A stretch of 64,000 nt of DNA from Monocercomonoides exilis PA203 (Eukaryota; Protista; Preaxostyla): positions 434,001 to 498,000 of the forward strand of contig LSRY02000010.1 of assembly GCA_001643675.2 (NCBI GenBank). The letters run 5' to 3'. Under the pieces are notes generated by a model that was not told the DNA's origin, did not search any database, and worked only from the letters and a program-made list of their open reading frames with translations. The position numbers and the translations under genes were made by a program. Positions 35,740 to 46,869 of the stretch are shown piece after piece (position 1 is the stretch's first letter; each line of letters starts with the position of its first letter).

Positions 35740-38700
35740 CTACTTCTTTTTCTTTTGAGCTTGTTCTTCAGAATTCTCTTTATGCATCTTCATCATTGCA
35801 CGTCTGCCAAACCCTTCCATTTTATGTAATTCGTTGCTTTTTGTTGTCGACTTCTTCTGCCTTGCAGCCAGATTCATCTCCTTCAGATGCTCTCCATCCA
35901 TCGTCCACATAATCTCCCAGTGCTCTCCTTTGTCTACACAAAGATTACCACCTTTTCTTCCGTGTGATGGGCCAATCAGTCCCATTGTCCACAATCTGCG
36001 CACACATCGAAGGAAAATACTGACTGAAGCTAATTTCGCATCATTTTTTGATGGCTTTTTAACTTGCTTTGCGAAATCTTCGTCGCTCAGCCAGTTACAC
36101 CAACGCCCAAGAACATATAGCTCGTAAATTAACAGTCCTTTCTCCTTCTTCATTTGCTCGCTTTCCCAATCAAATGTCTCCTCATTAATTGATTGCTTCA
36201 AGCACTCAATCTTTTGCCATTTTTCTGAATATTCGAGCTGTTCTTTGTCTTCTTTGCTCCATTTGTCTTCTTTATTCTTTCTGTCTCTGCGAGCAATATC
36301 TTTCACTCGTTCATAAAAGGTCTTTTCATCCAAACATTCTTCCAATGAAAGCAATTCTGATTCTAAAACATTCCTCAATTCGGAGTCTATTGTAGATTCA
36401 GATTGACTCTTTTGTTTCTGTTTAGTCTTTTTTGCTTTGTCTTGCTTGTTTTCTTCGTCTTTGGCTGTTTTAGATGTAGTTGACTTATTCTTCGAAACTT
36501 TTCCCTTCTGCTGACTTTCTCCTTCATCTTCTGATTCCGTTATTTTTTTAGGTTTTCTGCCCCTTCTTTTTTTCGGCTCTGCTGATGTTTCACTTTTTCC
36601 TTTCTTATTTCTCTTCACTTGATCTTCAGTATTATCTTCATCTTCATCTGCACTTTGTTTTTTCCCTCTCTTTGCTTTTGCATCCTTAGCAGCTTTTGTT
36701 GAAGAATCTGTTTTTTTCTGTTCTTTCGCTGCTGCTTCCTTTCCTGGCACTGGCTTCTCATCTAATATCTCCACGTCGCTGTCATCGTCATCGTCATCCA
36801 CATCCCAGTTGACTGTACTGACATAATCAAAAAATTGCCTCTTTCTCCTTCGTCTGTGTTCTCTGATTGGAGGCTTTGCAGGAAGCGGAACTAAAATTGA
36901 TTCAGAAACGGATTCTGTCCCAGAAGATTGCTCACTCTTTTTGTTAGATTCATCATTAGTGTTTGATTCAATAGATGGACTAACATTGTCTTTCAAGTCA
37001 ACTTCTGTGCTTTCTTCCTTTTTGGCTTTTTCTTGTTCAACTTGTGGAATTGTTTCTTTGTGCAATCTTGGCCTTCCTCTGCCTCGCTTCACTGGTTGCT
37101 CTACTGGAGGTTCTGTCACTTTCTTTTCTGTTTCCAACTTTTGACTCTCTTCTGAGCCTTTTCCGGTTTCATCTTTGAGTTTAGTGGGTTCTTCATTTTC
37201 TGCATCTTTCGTGACTTTGTGTTGTTTCTCCTTGGAGCCTTTTCCACTTTTTTCATCTGCTTTCTCTTGTAACAATGATTCCTTTTGAATATGTCCTTCT
37301 TTTTTGTGTTGGCTATTCGAAGAATAAAACAGAAGTTTCATCAAAAACTGCTTGAAAAGAGGGAAAAGATATACAACTCTGTCTTTTTTATTTCTCATCA
37401 GCGTGAAAAGAATTCCAAGTGCGAAATTGTCGAGAGAAAATAGACGATTATACAAAGTCGATGACGAAGAATAATCAGCAGGTGAAATGACAGAATCAAC
37501 AGAAGCAGAAGAGTGAATTGAATCAGAAGTGGATGAACTTAAAGATTGCAGTGCTTCTGTTGATGATGATGACGATGATGCAGACAATGATGCTTCTTGA
37601 AATGAAAGTGTGCAAGTTCTCTTGCTCCAAACCAACGGAAGAGAATCTATCTCAGAAATTGGATGCAAAAGTGACTCCGACAAAATTGATACACATTTCT
37701 GCGCAATTAACGGAGGGTCAATTGTATCTAAAAATGTTGCGTGAGGTGCCGAGCGTCGTGCAATTGAAAGCTGTGCATGTGAAATCTTATCAAGCACACT
37801 GGAAAGCTGAGGCTTATGTGAATCAGCCGAAGCGTCTGATGATGAATGCGATTCAGAAGATGACTGAAACAGCCGAGAAGTATCGTCAGGCAGAGAAGAA
37901 GGCCGAATGTCTTGTGTCTGTGAAATGAAGAGAGACATAAGCAGATGATCTCCGAGCGGAGAAGCAGGCTGTCGCGATGTTTGATTCGGGATTTTGCAGG
38001 ATGGGAGAAGAAGAAAAGACATGGCTTCGTTCATTGACTGCTCGTTTATTGTTTCCTCAGAAAGAATTGCTTTGATTCTGTTATACTCTTCAGCAAATAG
38101 GCAACTAAGACATCCACATTCATCTACCATTCTAAATTTAAAAAAATAGAAAACAAAAAAAAAAAATACATATATAAATAAATAAACTTAGGAAAAAGGG
38201 GTAACTTCAAATGGGCCATACGATTCGCTTGAACACTTGTGCTCCTCAATTATTCTCAAGCAATTGTTAATGATTGATATTATAGCAGACTGCGATAATT
38301 CACCAGACTTGTTGAGATTACACAAAACTTTCAGCAACTCTGACAAAAGCGGGAAGGCTGTGCAGAGCTCAGGAAAGTCGCTGCTTCTTCCAGCAGAAGT
38401 CGAAATGTCGGTGAGAATATCTGTCATGAACAAAAGGTTGGATTACAATCAGCATTCAAATAATGACAAACAATATATTTTTGTAAAAAATTATTTAAAT
38501 TCTCTTTCATTAATTAATATTCTTCAAACCAATGAGTGACAATTCCTTTGTTTCAAACAGAGCCTCGCGAAAGACAGGCGGTCGCATTCGCCACAATTTT
38601 CTCCGCTCGGCATATTGTTTTTGTTGTTCTCGTTCTTTTTTCTCTTCAGCCTCTCTTTTCTCTTGGTCTTTCTTCAAAACAGACAAAAGATTAGCTCCCC

Positions 38701-40370
38701 GAATATTCCCTTGAAGATGTGTTATGTCAACAAGCCCGTCTGATTTTTTGCTAAAAGACGCTTTTTCGTTCCTCTTCTTCGAACGAAGTTGCTCCGATTT
38801 TATCGCCTCGTCAATAATTTCTCCGAACTCCTGTTCTTTCTTGTTTTCGTTTTTCTCTTCTTTCACTTCGCGAGACTCCCATTTCTCTTCCAGCTGCCCC
38901 AGCTGTTTGCGAACAGTTCCGATCGCCTCGGATATAATAGCAGGATGCAGAATTTGAAGAAACTCCTTCCAAAACAAAATGTGGCCAACTATTCTGCCAA
39001 TAGCCCGTTTGCATTCGGCAAAACTGTCAATCAGAATCTTTTTAACTTCGTCAGCAGGAACTTGCTGATCAATCAAATGAGAAGTGACTCTTGTTGGATA
39101 AATATTTAATGATTGCCGTTTTTTGAAAATTAAAAATCAGTTGATTAAATAACACATATTTAAATGGAAAGGAACAAGTTAGAAATTATGTATTTTCAGA
39201 ATAAAAATTCAAGTCAATACCTTAACGGTAGCTGCTCCATAAATTGAAACAAATCCATTTCTTCCATTTTTGTTAATGCAGAATTAAATGATTCAAATGA
39301 CATGCTCCAAATTGAAGATTTACCGCTGCATCTTTCAAGATTATATAACTGTCAGAAAAAAATAATCAAATAAAAATAACATCATCGACACACCTTTAGC
39401 TGCTTGCACATCTCCACCATTGAGAAGCCGTTCCAATTAAAAGATTCGTTTAGTTCAGACCAGCATTCATCGTGCGACCCCAGACATGACATTAGAAGTT
39501 GAAAAGAATCAGAAGAATAAGCGTTTCCAGCAATCTGAGAGCACATGCCAGAAATGAATGCTTCAAGCAAATCTGAGGAAGGGCGAATTGTTAGAGAATC
39601 TGCCATAACAGAAGATGTTGGAAAAACACTTGACAAAAGCTGCTCTTTTATCTCTTCTTGCCGGCCAGATACTGTGGAATCAACAAGAAGAAAAGAAATT
39701 ATTGGATTTCCTTGTGATGTCACAGGGGAAGATCTATAAAAAATAAGTCGAATATAAAATTTAAACGATATAAAAAAGAAAGAGAACAATTCACACTGAA
39801 TTGAGCGAATAAAATCAACTAAAAATTGAAAAGGAACCAAAAGCCAATTTTCGATAAGAATAACGAGATGAATTTTATCTATACAAAATGCATATGAATT
39901 ATAAAGTAAATAATATTTGAAACGGTTAAAAATGATGCAGAAATTGGAAATAAACTTTTATTTCGTTGTAAAAAACTCTCAAGCTCAAAATTTGATTCAG
40001 ACATCGCATCTAATAAGCCGCTATTTATCATAGAAGTTGTTGGAGCTGCTGTTTGAATAGCTTTTTCAAGCATTACATCTTCAGTTGTTATTTGAAAAAA
40101 CTCATCAGGAAGAAGTCGAACAATTACGGAAGTGGTTTCATCAGAAATTGCATCTCCTTTCAAATCATCCCACATATTTGCTATTTGATAACATACTAAT
40201 GTCAAATCCTGTTGTTTAAATTGGGGGGCTTCAACAAATGAAATTGAATAATTTCCTTTGAGCCTGTAGTTGGAAAAAAACTGACAGCATTGCTCAACGA
40301 CTTTTTTTGTTACAGCCTCTGAATAATACTTTTGAATGAATTTCTCTAAAGGAAATCCATTTTGAATCAT
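35740..40370 (-). CDS. Large nuclear protein with AT-hook motifs and helical domains, weak resemblance to the INTS3 C-terminal region (7 exons)
   Basis: ORFs 39879-40490, 39382-39840, 38510-39076, 38188-38433 and 35740-38130, plus small exons, splice in frame. Contains KRGRGRPRL and KRRGRKPKK AT-hook-like motifs in a Lys/Glu-rich region. Confidence 0.7.
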
Positions 40371-40783
40371 AGATTTTTGATTCTTTTTTGAAAAAAAAAT
40401 CAGAATTATCAACTTGTGGGTCCATTCTATTTGTTCATAAGAGAGAAAGAGTGTATATACATGGGTTAAAACAAGAATCAACTTTAACAAATTTATGCAA
40501 ATTGAGCTATGTGTAACCCTTAAAAGCTCATCTCATTCAAATAGGGGAATTACAAATGAAGATGATAAAAAAAACTAAAAATTAATGATCAGGGTTAGAT
40601 CACCTAAATTTGTAAATAAATGTATATGTAATTATAAAACATGACAACTTAATTAAGAATATAATAAAGAAATAGTTAAATATGCAAACTTTAACATAGA
40701 AAATGACGGAATTAAAAGCAAAACAATTGCAATGCAGCTTTAAAATTTGAAGATTGCAAACACAAAATGTAAAATCACATTAT

Positions 40784-41626
40784 TCAATGTGGGGGTGTTA
40801 TAAAAGGAAACGATAAAGGAACGGTGTTAATCCTATCCCACGTTTCTGCAACAAGCGAGTATACCTCGCTTGATAAAGGCACATGGAAAGCAACTGCCTG
40901 AAGAAGCACGATTTCAGACTGATTAACATCATTCAATGAAATATTGAATAAATTCGACCACCATTTGTTTGGCAGAGGAGTATCACAGTTACACTTATGC
41001 GAGATCATAACAGATATTAAAAGTGCCATAGAAGCATTCTCAAAAGACAATTTAAACGATTTTGAAGTTGCTCTTCCTGTAATAGCTTTTTCAAGAAGCA
41101 TCAAAGCATAGAGCAATTCCCCTTGTCGAAGCCATAAGAAATGCTGGAGAACAGAAAGAATTCGCTCCGTGATGTGTTTAAGTTGTACAATTTTTGAAAC
41201 CATTGATTCTGAGGAGGGCTGCCATGATGGATAAATGTAATGCTGTGAAAAATCTAATGAATAAAAAATGTCTCCAAGAAAGCGAATAGGTAAAATTGAT
41301 AGCTCTGGTTGCAATGGTACAATTGTTGACTGCATGAGGGTTTGAGCTCGTGAGCAAACAGAAAATATTGTTGAATAAGCAAAAAATGTAGATATCCTTC
41401 GAATTTGGTCGCAGTGAATGATGTCAGAACCCTTTTCTTGCAACATTTTAATTCTGACAGAAAAATTATATTCGCTTTCGTCTTCTTTTGATTTTGAAGC
41501 ATTCATTCCTTTTAATGAGGATTTAAGAAAATTGTCTTCTGTGAGTACTTTCTTTTGAATTATTTCAACATTAGGACCTGCCACATCATGTGGCCAAATA
41601 GGTTCACTAATAGAATGTGAAATCAT
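40784..41626 (-). CDS. Cyclin-fold protein, PHO80/cyclin-U-like (5' end uncertain)
   Basis: LLYALMLLEK...ALLISVMISHKCNCDTPLPNKWWSNLFNISLNDVNQSEIVLLQAVAF matches the PHO80-type cyclin box pattern (K..D....N..W.......lN..E..fL..l.f). Confidence 0.75.
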   Translation of the reverse strand: MISHSISEPIWPHDVAGPNVEIIQKKVLTEDNFLKSSLKGMNASKSKEDESEYNFSVRIKMLQEKGSDIIHCDQIRRISTFFAYSTIFSVCSRAQTLMQSTIVPLQPELSILPIRFLGDIFYSLDFSQHYIYPSWQPSSESMVSKIVQLKHITERILSVLQHFLWLRQGELLYALMLLEKAITGRATSKSFKLSFENASMALLISVMISHKCNCDTPLPNKWWSNLFNISLNDVNQSEIVLLQAVAFHVPLSSEVYSLVAETWDRINTVPLSFPFITPPH

Positions 41627-42022
41627 TCAAAAAGAAATGATACTTACGTCCGGTCCACTTTCGTTATGGATCTCAACTTTATAGATCTTTACCAACATAT
41701 ATGAATGACGATCGAAATATCGTTTTAATATTCTAATAAAAGACATCGAAAAATTACAAACAAAACAAAGGTCAATTAATGTGTGATTGAAAAGGCCTCG
41801 AAAATGATATAGAAGAATTATTGGAATATAACAATAACAATAATTAAAAAAACGGTATTTTCACAACAAATTAAATATTTCTGATTCTTTTTCTAATAAA
41901 ATGAACATTTATAACACATGATAACCACAACAATTGGAATTATAATTACAAAAGATGGCTGATTATTTTTTTGATTATACAATGGTAAAACTATGGTATA
42001 CGGATCAAAGGTTTTCAACAAA

Positions 42023-43993
42023 ATGATGCGACCTGGAAATGTTCTTGTGTTAAGTTTGCAATTCTTTAAGATTTTTGAAGTTAATTTGATTATTGTGTTA
42101 ATATAGACGCGACTACGAAGAGAGAAACCGGCTATCGCGCACAAAAACTGAATATTCAAGCAGGAAAGGAAGTTGCCGATGTTCTCAGGACATGCCTCGG
42201 ACCACGTGCAATGCTTAAGATGATTTTAAGTGCAAGCGGATCTATTCTAATGACGAATGATGGAAATTCCATCATAAGAGAAATTGATGTGAAGCATCCG
42301 GCTGCAAGAACAATTATTCAACTGTCACGTGCTCAGGATGAAGAAGTTGGAGATGGAACAACATCTGTCATTGTTCTTTGTTTGCATACAAATATTTCCA
42401 ACGATTATTTTATTTGTGATCTATTTTGAATTTGGGCAAATGCTTATTGAATTTTTTTTTTTATTTGTTTCTTTCAGCTGGCGAAGTTTTAGCCCAAAGC
42501 CAAGAATTGCTCGAAAGAAGCCTTCATCCAACTATTATTTGTCATAGCTATCAGCGCGCTCTTCAGACTGCAATTGCAGTATGCGACAAAATCTCAAAAC
42601 CAGTATGAAATAGTTTTATTTTGAAATATACATTCAGTAACAACAATCTTAGGTTGATGTTGATAACAAAGAAGAAATGTACTCTCTTTTGCGCACAACT
42701 CTTGGAACAAAGTTTGCATCTGAATGGATGGAAATGATGTGCAAGTTGGCCTATGAAGCTGTTCGCAGAGTCACAATTTACCACAACACAGAAGGGAAAT
42801 CAGATCCTAGCGCACGAAGAGTTCCAGAAATTGATATTAAGCGTTATGCAAAAGTCGAAAAAATACCAGGAGGCTCAGAATCAATGAGCGAAGTTCTTGA
42901 TGGTGTTATGATAAACAAGGATCTTACACATCCTGCTATGCGGAGACGTATTGAAAATCCAAGAATTGTTCTTTTGGATTGCGCCTTGGAATATAAAAAA
43001 GGAGAAAGTCAAACCTCGACAGTTGTTACAAAAGAAGAAGATTGGGAGAAATTATTGAGAGCCGAAGAAGAAGAAGTCGAAAAGATGTGCAAATACATCA
43101 TTGCACTTAAGCCCGATGTTGTTGTAACTGAAAAAGGATTGTCAGATCTTGCATCACATTATTTATACAAGGCAGGCATTTCTGCTATCCGTCGTATTAG
43201 AAAGACAGATAACAACAGAATCAGCAGAGCAACAGGCGCCACTATTGTGAACCAAGCCGAAGAGTTGAAAGACACTGATGTCGGAACAGGATGCGGCCTG
43301 TTTGAAGTCAAGCAGATTGGTGATGAGTTCTTTGCATACTTTGTGAAGTGCAAAGAGCCGAAGGCATGCACCATTGTCCTGAGAGGTTCGTCAAAGGATG
43401 TTCTTAACGAAATCGAGCGCAACTTGCAGGATGCAATGTGCGTTGCTAGAAACATTCTTGTTGACCCACGACTTCTGCCCGGTGGAGGAGCAACTGAGAT
43501 GGCAGTTTCTACCGCTCTTGCACTCACAGCAGCTGCCGAAGAGGAAGGAGTCGCTCAATGGCCAAGAAAAGCAATAGCACAGGCATTCGAGGTTATCCCA
43601 CGCACATTAGCTGAAAACTGTGGCTGCTCTGTTATCCGTCGTGTTACAGAGCTCCGTGCAAAATATCATGAGATGTGGAAGAAAGTGTCCATTGATTCTC
43701 TTTTAAAAGCCAAATCTGCTTCCTCCGCCTCATCTTCTTCTGCTTCTGCCTCATCTGAATCAATCCAATCGTCTGTGGAGTTGTGGGGCATCAACGGTGA
43801 GACAGGCGAGCTGATGGATGTGAACAAATCTGAACTGTGGGAGCCATACAGCGTGAAAGTGCAGACCTTCAAGTCATCTGTGGACTCTGCATGCATGCTG
43901 CTTCGTATTGACGATATTGTTAGCGGACAGAGAAAGAAGGGAGACGGACAGGGACAAGCAGATCCCGATGCATTGGAGAAGATGGAGGAGTAA
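42023..43993 (+). CDS. CCT3: T-complex protein 1 subunit gamma (chaperonin CCT3), 4 exons
   Basis: VLVLNATTKRETG, RTCLGPRAMLKM, TNDGN, QDEEVGDGTTSV, IDIKRYAKVEKIPGG, LEYKKGESQT and LLRIDDIVSG are gamma-subunit-type motifs. Three GT-AG introns. Confidence 0.95.
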
Positions 43994-44449
43994 ACAATTT
44001 CCAATAATTCAAAAAATATTTGCTTTTTTTAAATAAAGATATAATTTTTTTGATACAAATTGTATTTACACATGTCTTATCATCTCTTAGACCTTTCTTC
44101 TAATTGATATCTTCTTGCACTCATTTCAAAAGCAAAACATTCATTAACATAGCTCTTATATGAAATCAACCAAATTTAACGAATCTTTTTTGATTGATAC
44201 AAATTTTGTTTTTCCTTCGTTCGGAAAATTTTGCTCTTTTGAAACAAAAAATAATTAAATAAAAGAGGGAGATGCTGGCGAATGTCTTAATGCCTTAAAT
44301 AAAAACTTAACCAAAACCAAAATGATTCAACAACAAAAAACAAAGAAAGAAGGAAGGAAGGAAAGAAAAAGCAATGAATGTAAATAAACCACATCCTTTT
44401 TCAAAATTCTTTGTGTATCTCCACATAAAAGACCTTTGAGGGTATTGCA

Positions 44450-46113
44450 TTAATGAGAAATCTTTGGAATGGCTGGTGGTGCAAGCGTAGGAAGGCTTTC
44501 GTCTTCAATGCCAACATTCTCTGGAATCATGTTGGATCCAATCCAAATGCAGTAATGCGACAGCAGCAAAAAGAACTCCTCGAACTCGTCCAGCGGCTCT
44601 AAGGTCTGAATTCTGTTTTGTTTAATATAATTTCAATTGTGTCATTTAAAAAAAAAAAGAAAAAAGAAAAAAGAAAAAAGAAAAAAGTAAAAAAAAAAAA
44701 AAAAGAAAAGAAAAAGAAAAAGAAAAAGAAAAAATCATTTCAAATGAATAAAGAATTCACAATTGTTTTGTACCTTTGCTTTTCCACTTGAGGAATGAGA
44801 TTATAAGCCTTTTTCATGTCAATCGTCTTTGCAAAGCTGAATCCAGCTGTCCGAAGTGATTCTGTTCTGGCTTCGCATGTTGGGAATGCCATGAGAGATG
44901 GCATGGTTATCCCACGTTGCTGTTTTGATTATAAATCAATATTTTTTTCCAAATATTCAAAAAATATTAAATGAAAAAGATAAATAAAAACTGTCTAATT
45001 GCAAGTGAATACCCTCAAATTCTGCACCATGACTCTTCCAAAGTTGTCTGTTTCTTTTGACATTGGATCATATCCAATAACCATAGCAGGGAATCTTGAT
45101 GGAAGTGCAGCAATATCCTCTGGTTTAAGAGAGGAATCTGCGGAAGGCTCTTCATCAGAAGGTGAATGCACTTCTGTTGGAACAGAAGTGGTGGATGGAG
45201 TTGCTGATGATGTTGCTGACTCTGAAGTGACAGAAGAAGAAAGAGCATGCTTCGACAATGCTTCGCGAGGATTTGCAATATAAGCTAACAGCTCCCGCAC
45301 TTTTCCTGAATCAATGTATGCGGTCACACACTCCAATATAAACAAAGTCGGTATGTTAAAGTCAATTCCTGAATCAATCAGACACTTATGTATTGATTGA
45401 ATATTCAGTAAATTTCCTTTTGCCAGCTTGTACACAGCTTAAATAATAAAAAACGCATGCATCACATTGAAGAAACGAAAAATATTTATCATCAAACCTT
45501 GCTGTTGAGCTGAAAATTTTTTGGAATAAGGATGCTGCTTTATTTCAATAACCTCTGGCAGATCCACATCTACCCACAAATGCAAACCTGGAAGTTGTTT
45601 CTGAAGAGGGAAAAAAAGATTCAATAAAGTACATTTTTAGTAATGGTTAAATCTTCAACCTCAAGCATCAAAAAGTAACTATCAAAGCCAGCTCCGAGAA
45701 ATACAATTTGTTTTTTTCCCGGAAGATTTTTACAAAAAGAAGCAACGCATCTCAGCATTGTATACAAACGTGCGAAGTAACCTAAGTTTCGATAAATAAA
45801 CAAAAATGAATTTTCGGTTTCAAAAAAGCAGCATGAAAGTTCAATTCGTTAAACCTCTATTAATAAGGCGAGGCCGGCTATCACTTGGTCGCACAAATTC
45901 AGCCAACAATGGATCAAAATAATAACCGTTTTTGATGCAACTCATCTTTGCATTTGCAGAGTCAGCAGCACCTGAAGTTCAAAATCATTTAAACAATTAG
46001 TTTGCAAAAAAAGTGAGGATATTTTTAATGTTAGATAAAAATATTTCTCATGGATGCTAACCAAAAATATCATTTGTCAATGACGAGTGAACTCTTGGAG
46101 CAGGAGGTTGCAT
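44450..46113 (-). CDS. LCMT1: Leucine carboxyl methyltransferase (LCMT1/Ppm1 family), 7 exons
   Basis: Spliced product has AKMSCIKNGYYFDP, PRLINRGYFAR, QIVFLGAGFDS, VDVDLP, PTLFILECVTAYI, DNFGRVMVQNL and LEPLDEFEEFFLLLSHYC. Confidence 0.9.
44648..44734. repeat. A-rich homopurine tract, (A)n/(AAAAAG)n, inside the last LCMT1 intron
   Basis: About 85 bp of almost only A and G on the + strand, which is a polypyrimidine tract on the coding strand. Confidence 0.9.
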
Positions 46114-46282
46114 TTAATACAATTCTCAATAATTAAAAAAATGTGTTGGGTAAAATTATTTCATGTTTTTCAAAATAATTCCCATTCATTTTCTAATTAA
46201 AATATAACAAGAGTGAAGATGAATCCAGTTAATTGATTGTTACATAATAATATCTTTGAGTTATCTATTTGTTCACTGCTTT

Positions 46283-46599
46283 ATGGATAATGAGGATTCC
46301 GTTGTTTCAAAGAGTCGAGCAGATGAAAATTTAGCGAACGAAGTTAATTCGCAACGCTGGAAGGAATATAATCCGATGCTTAGGAAAAAGCATCAATTTG
46401 TTCAAATTGCATTCGAAAAATCTGATATAGCAGCGCAACCAGTTCAAGAAATACAATCTTGCAAAAAGGATGAACTGTTGAGATCGATAGAAATATTGCT
46501 TTCACAAAAGGTTTTATTTTTATCTTTTGGATATTTATTATTTTACATTTTTTCTATTAGACAATTTCTCAACGTCAAAATCTCCAGACAAAGCGCTAA
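46283..46599 (+). CDS. Small hypothetical protein (2 exons, ~88 aa)
   Basis: ATG 46283 MDNEDSVVSKSRADE...LLSQK, GT..TAG intron 46511-46560, then TISQRQNLQTKR-TAA. Divergent from LCMT1. Confidence 0.5.
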
Positions 46600-46869
46600 G
46601 CGAATGGTTTATAAAATAAGTTTCTTTGTAATGCATCTCATTTTATTTCACATCGCATTTCACACATTTTCGTCAAAGAAAAGTTTTATTTTAAATTTCT
46701 AAAAACACGAAAAAATATAACATATTAATGATATGAAAAAAGCAAATTATAAAAATCCATAATATATCACGCAATGCAAAGACAAAAACAATAAAAAATA
46801 AGTTAAAAAGATTAAGAATACACTTGTTGAATTGAATAAAATTGGAGTATAACAAAAAGACAAAAATTT

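Noticed and set aside
41642-41698. Extra 5' exon of the cyclin gene ending at a GTAAGT donor
   Set aside because: The nearest AG acceptors give stops or the wrong phase. Only a more distant AAG would work, so it is left unresolved and not called.
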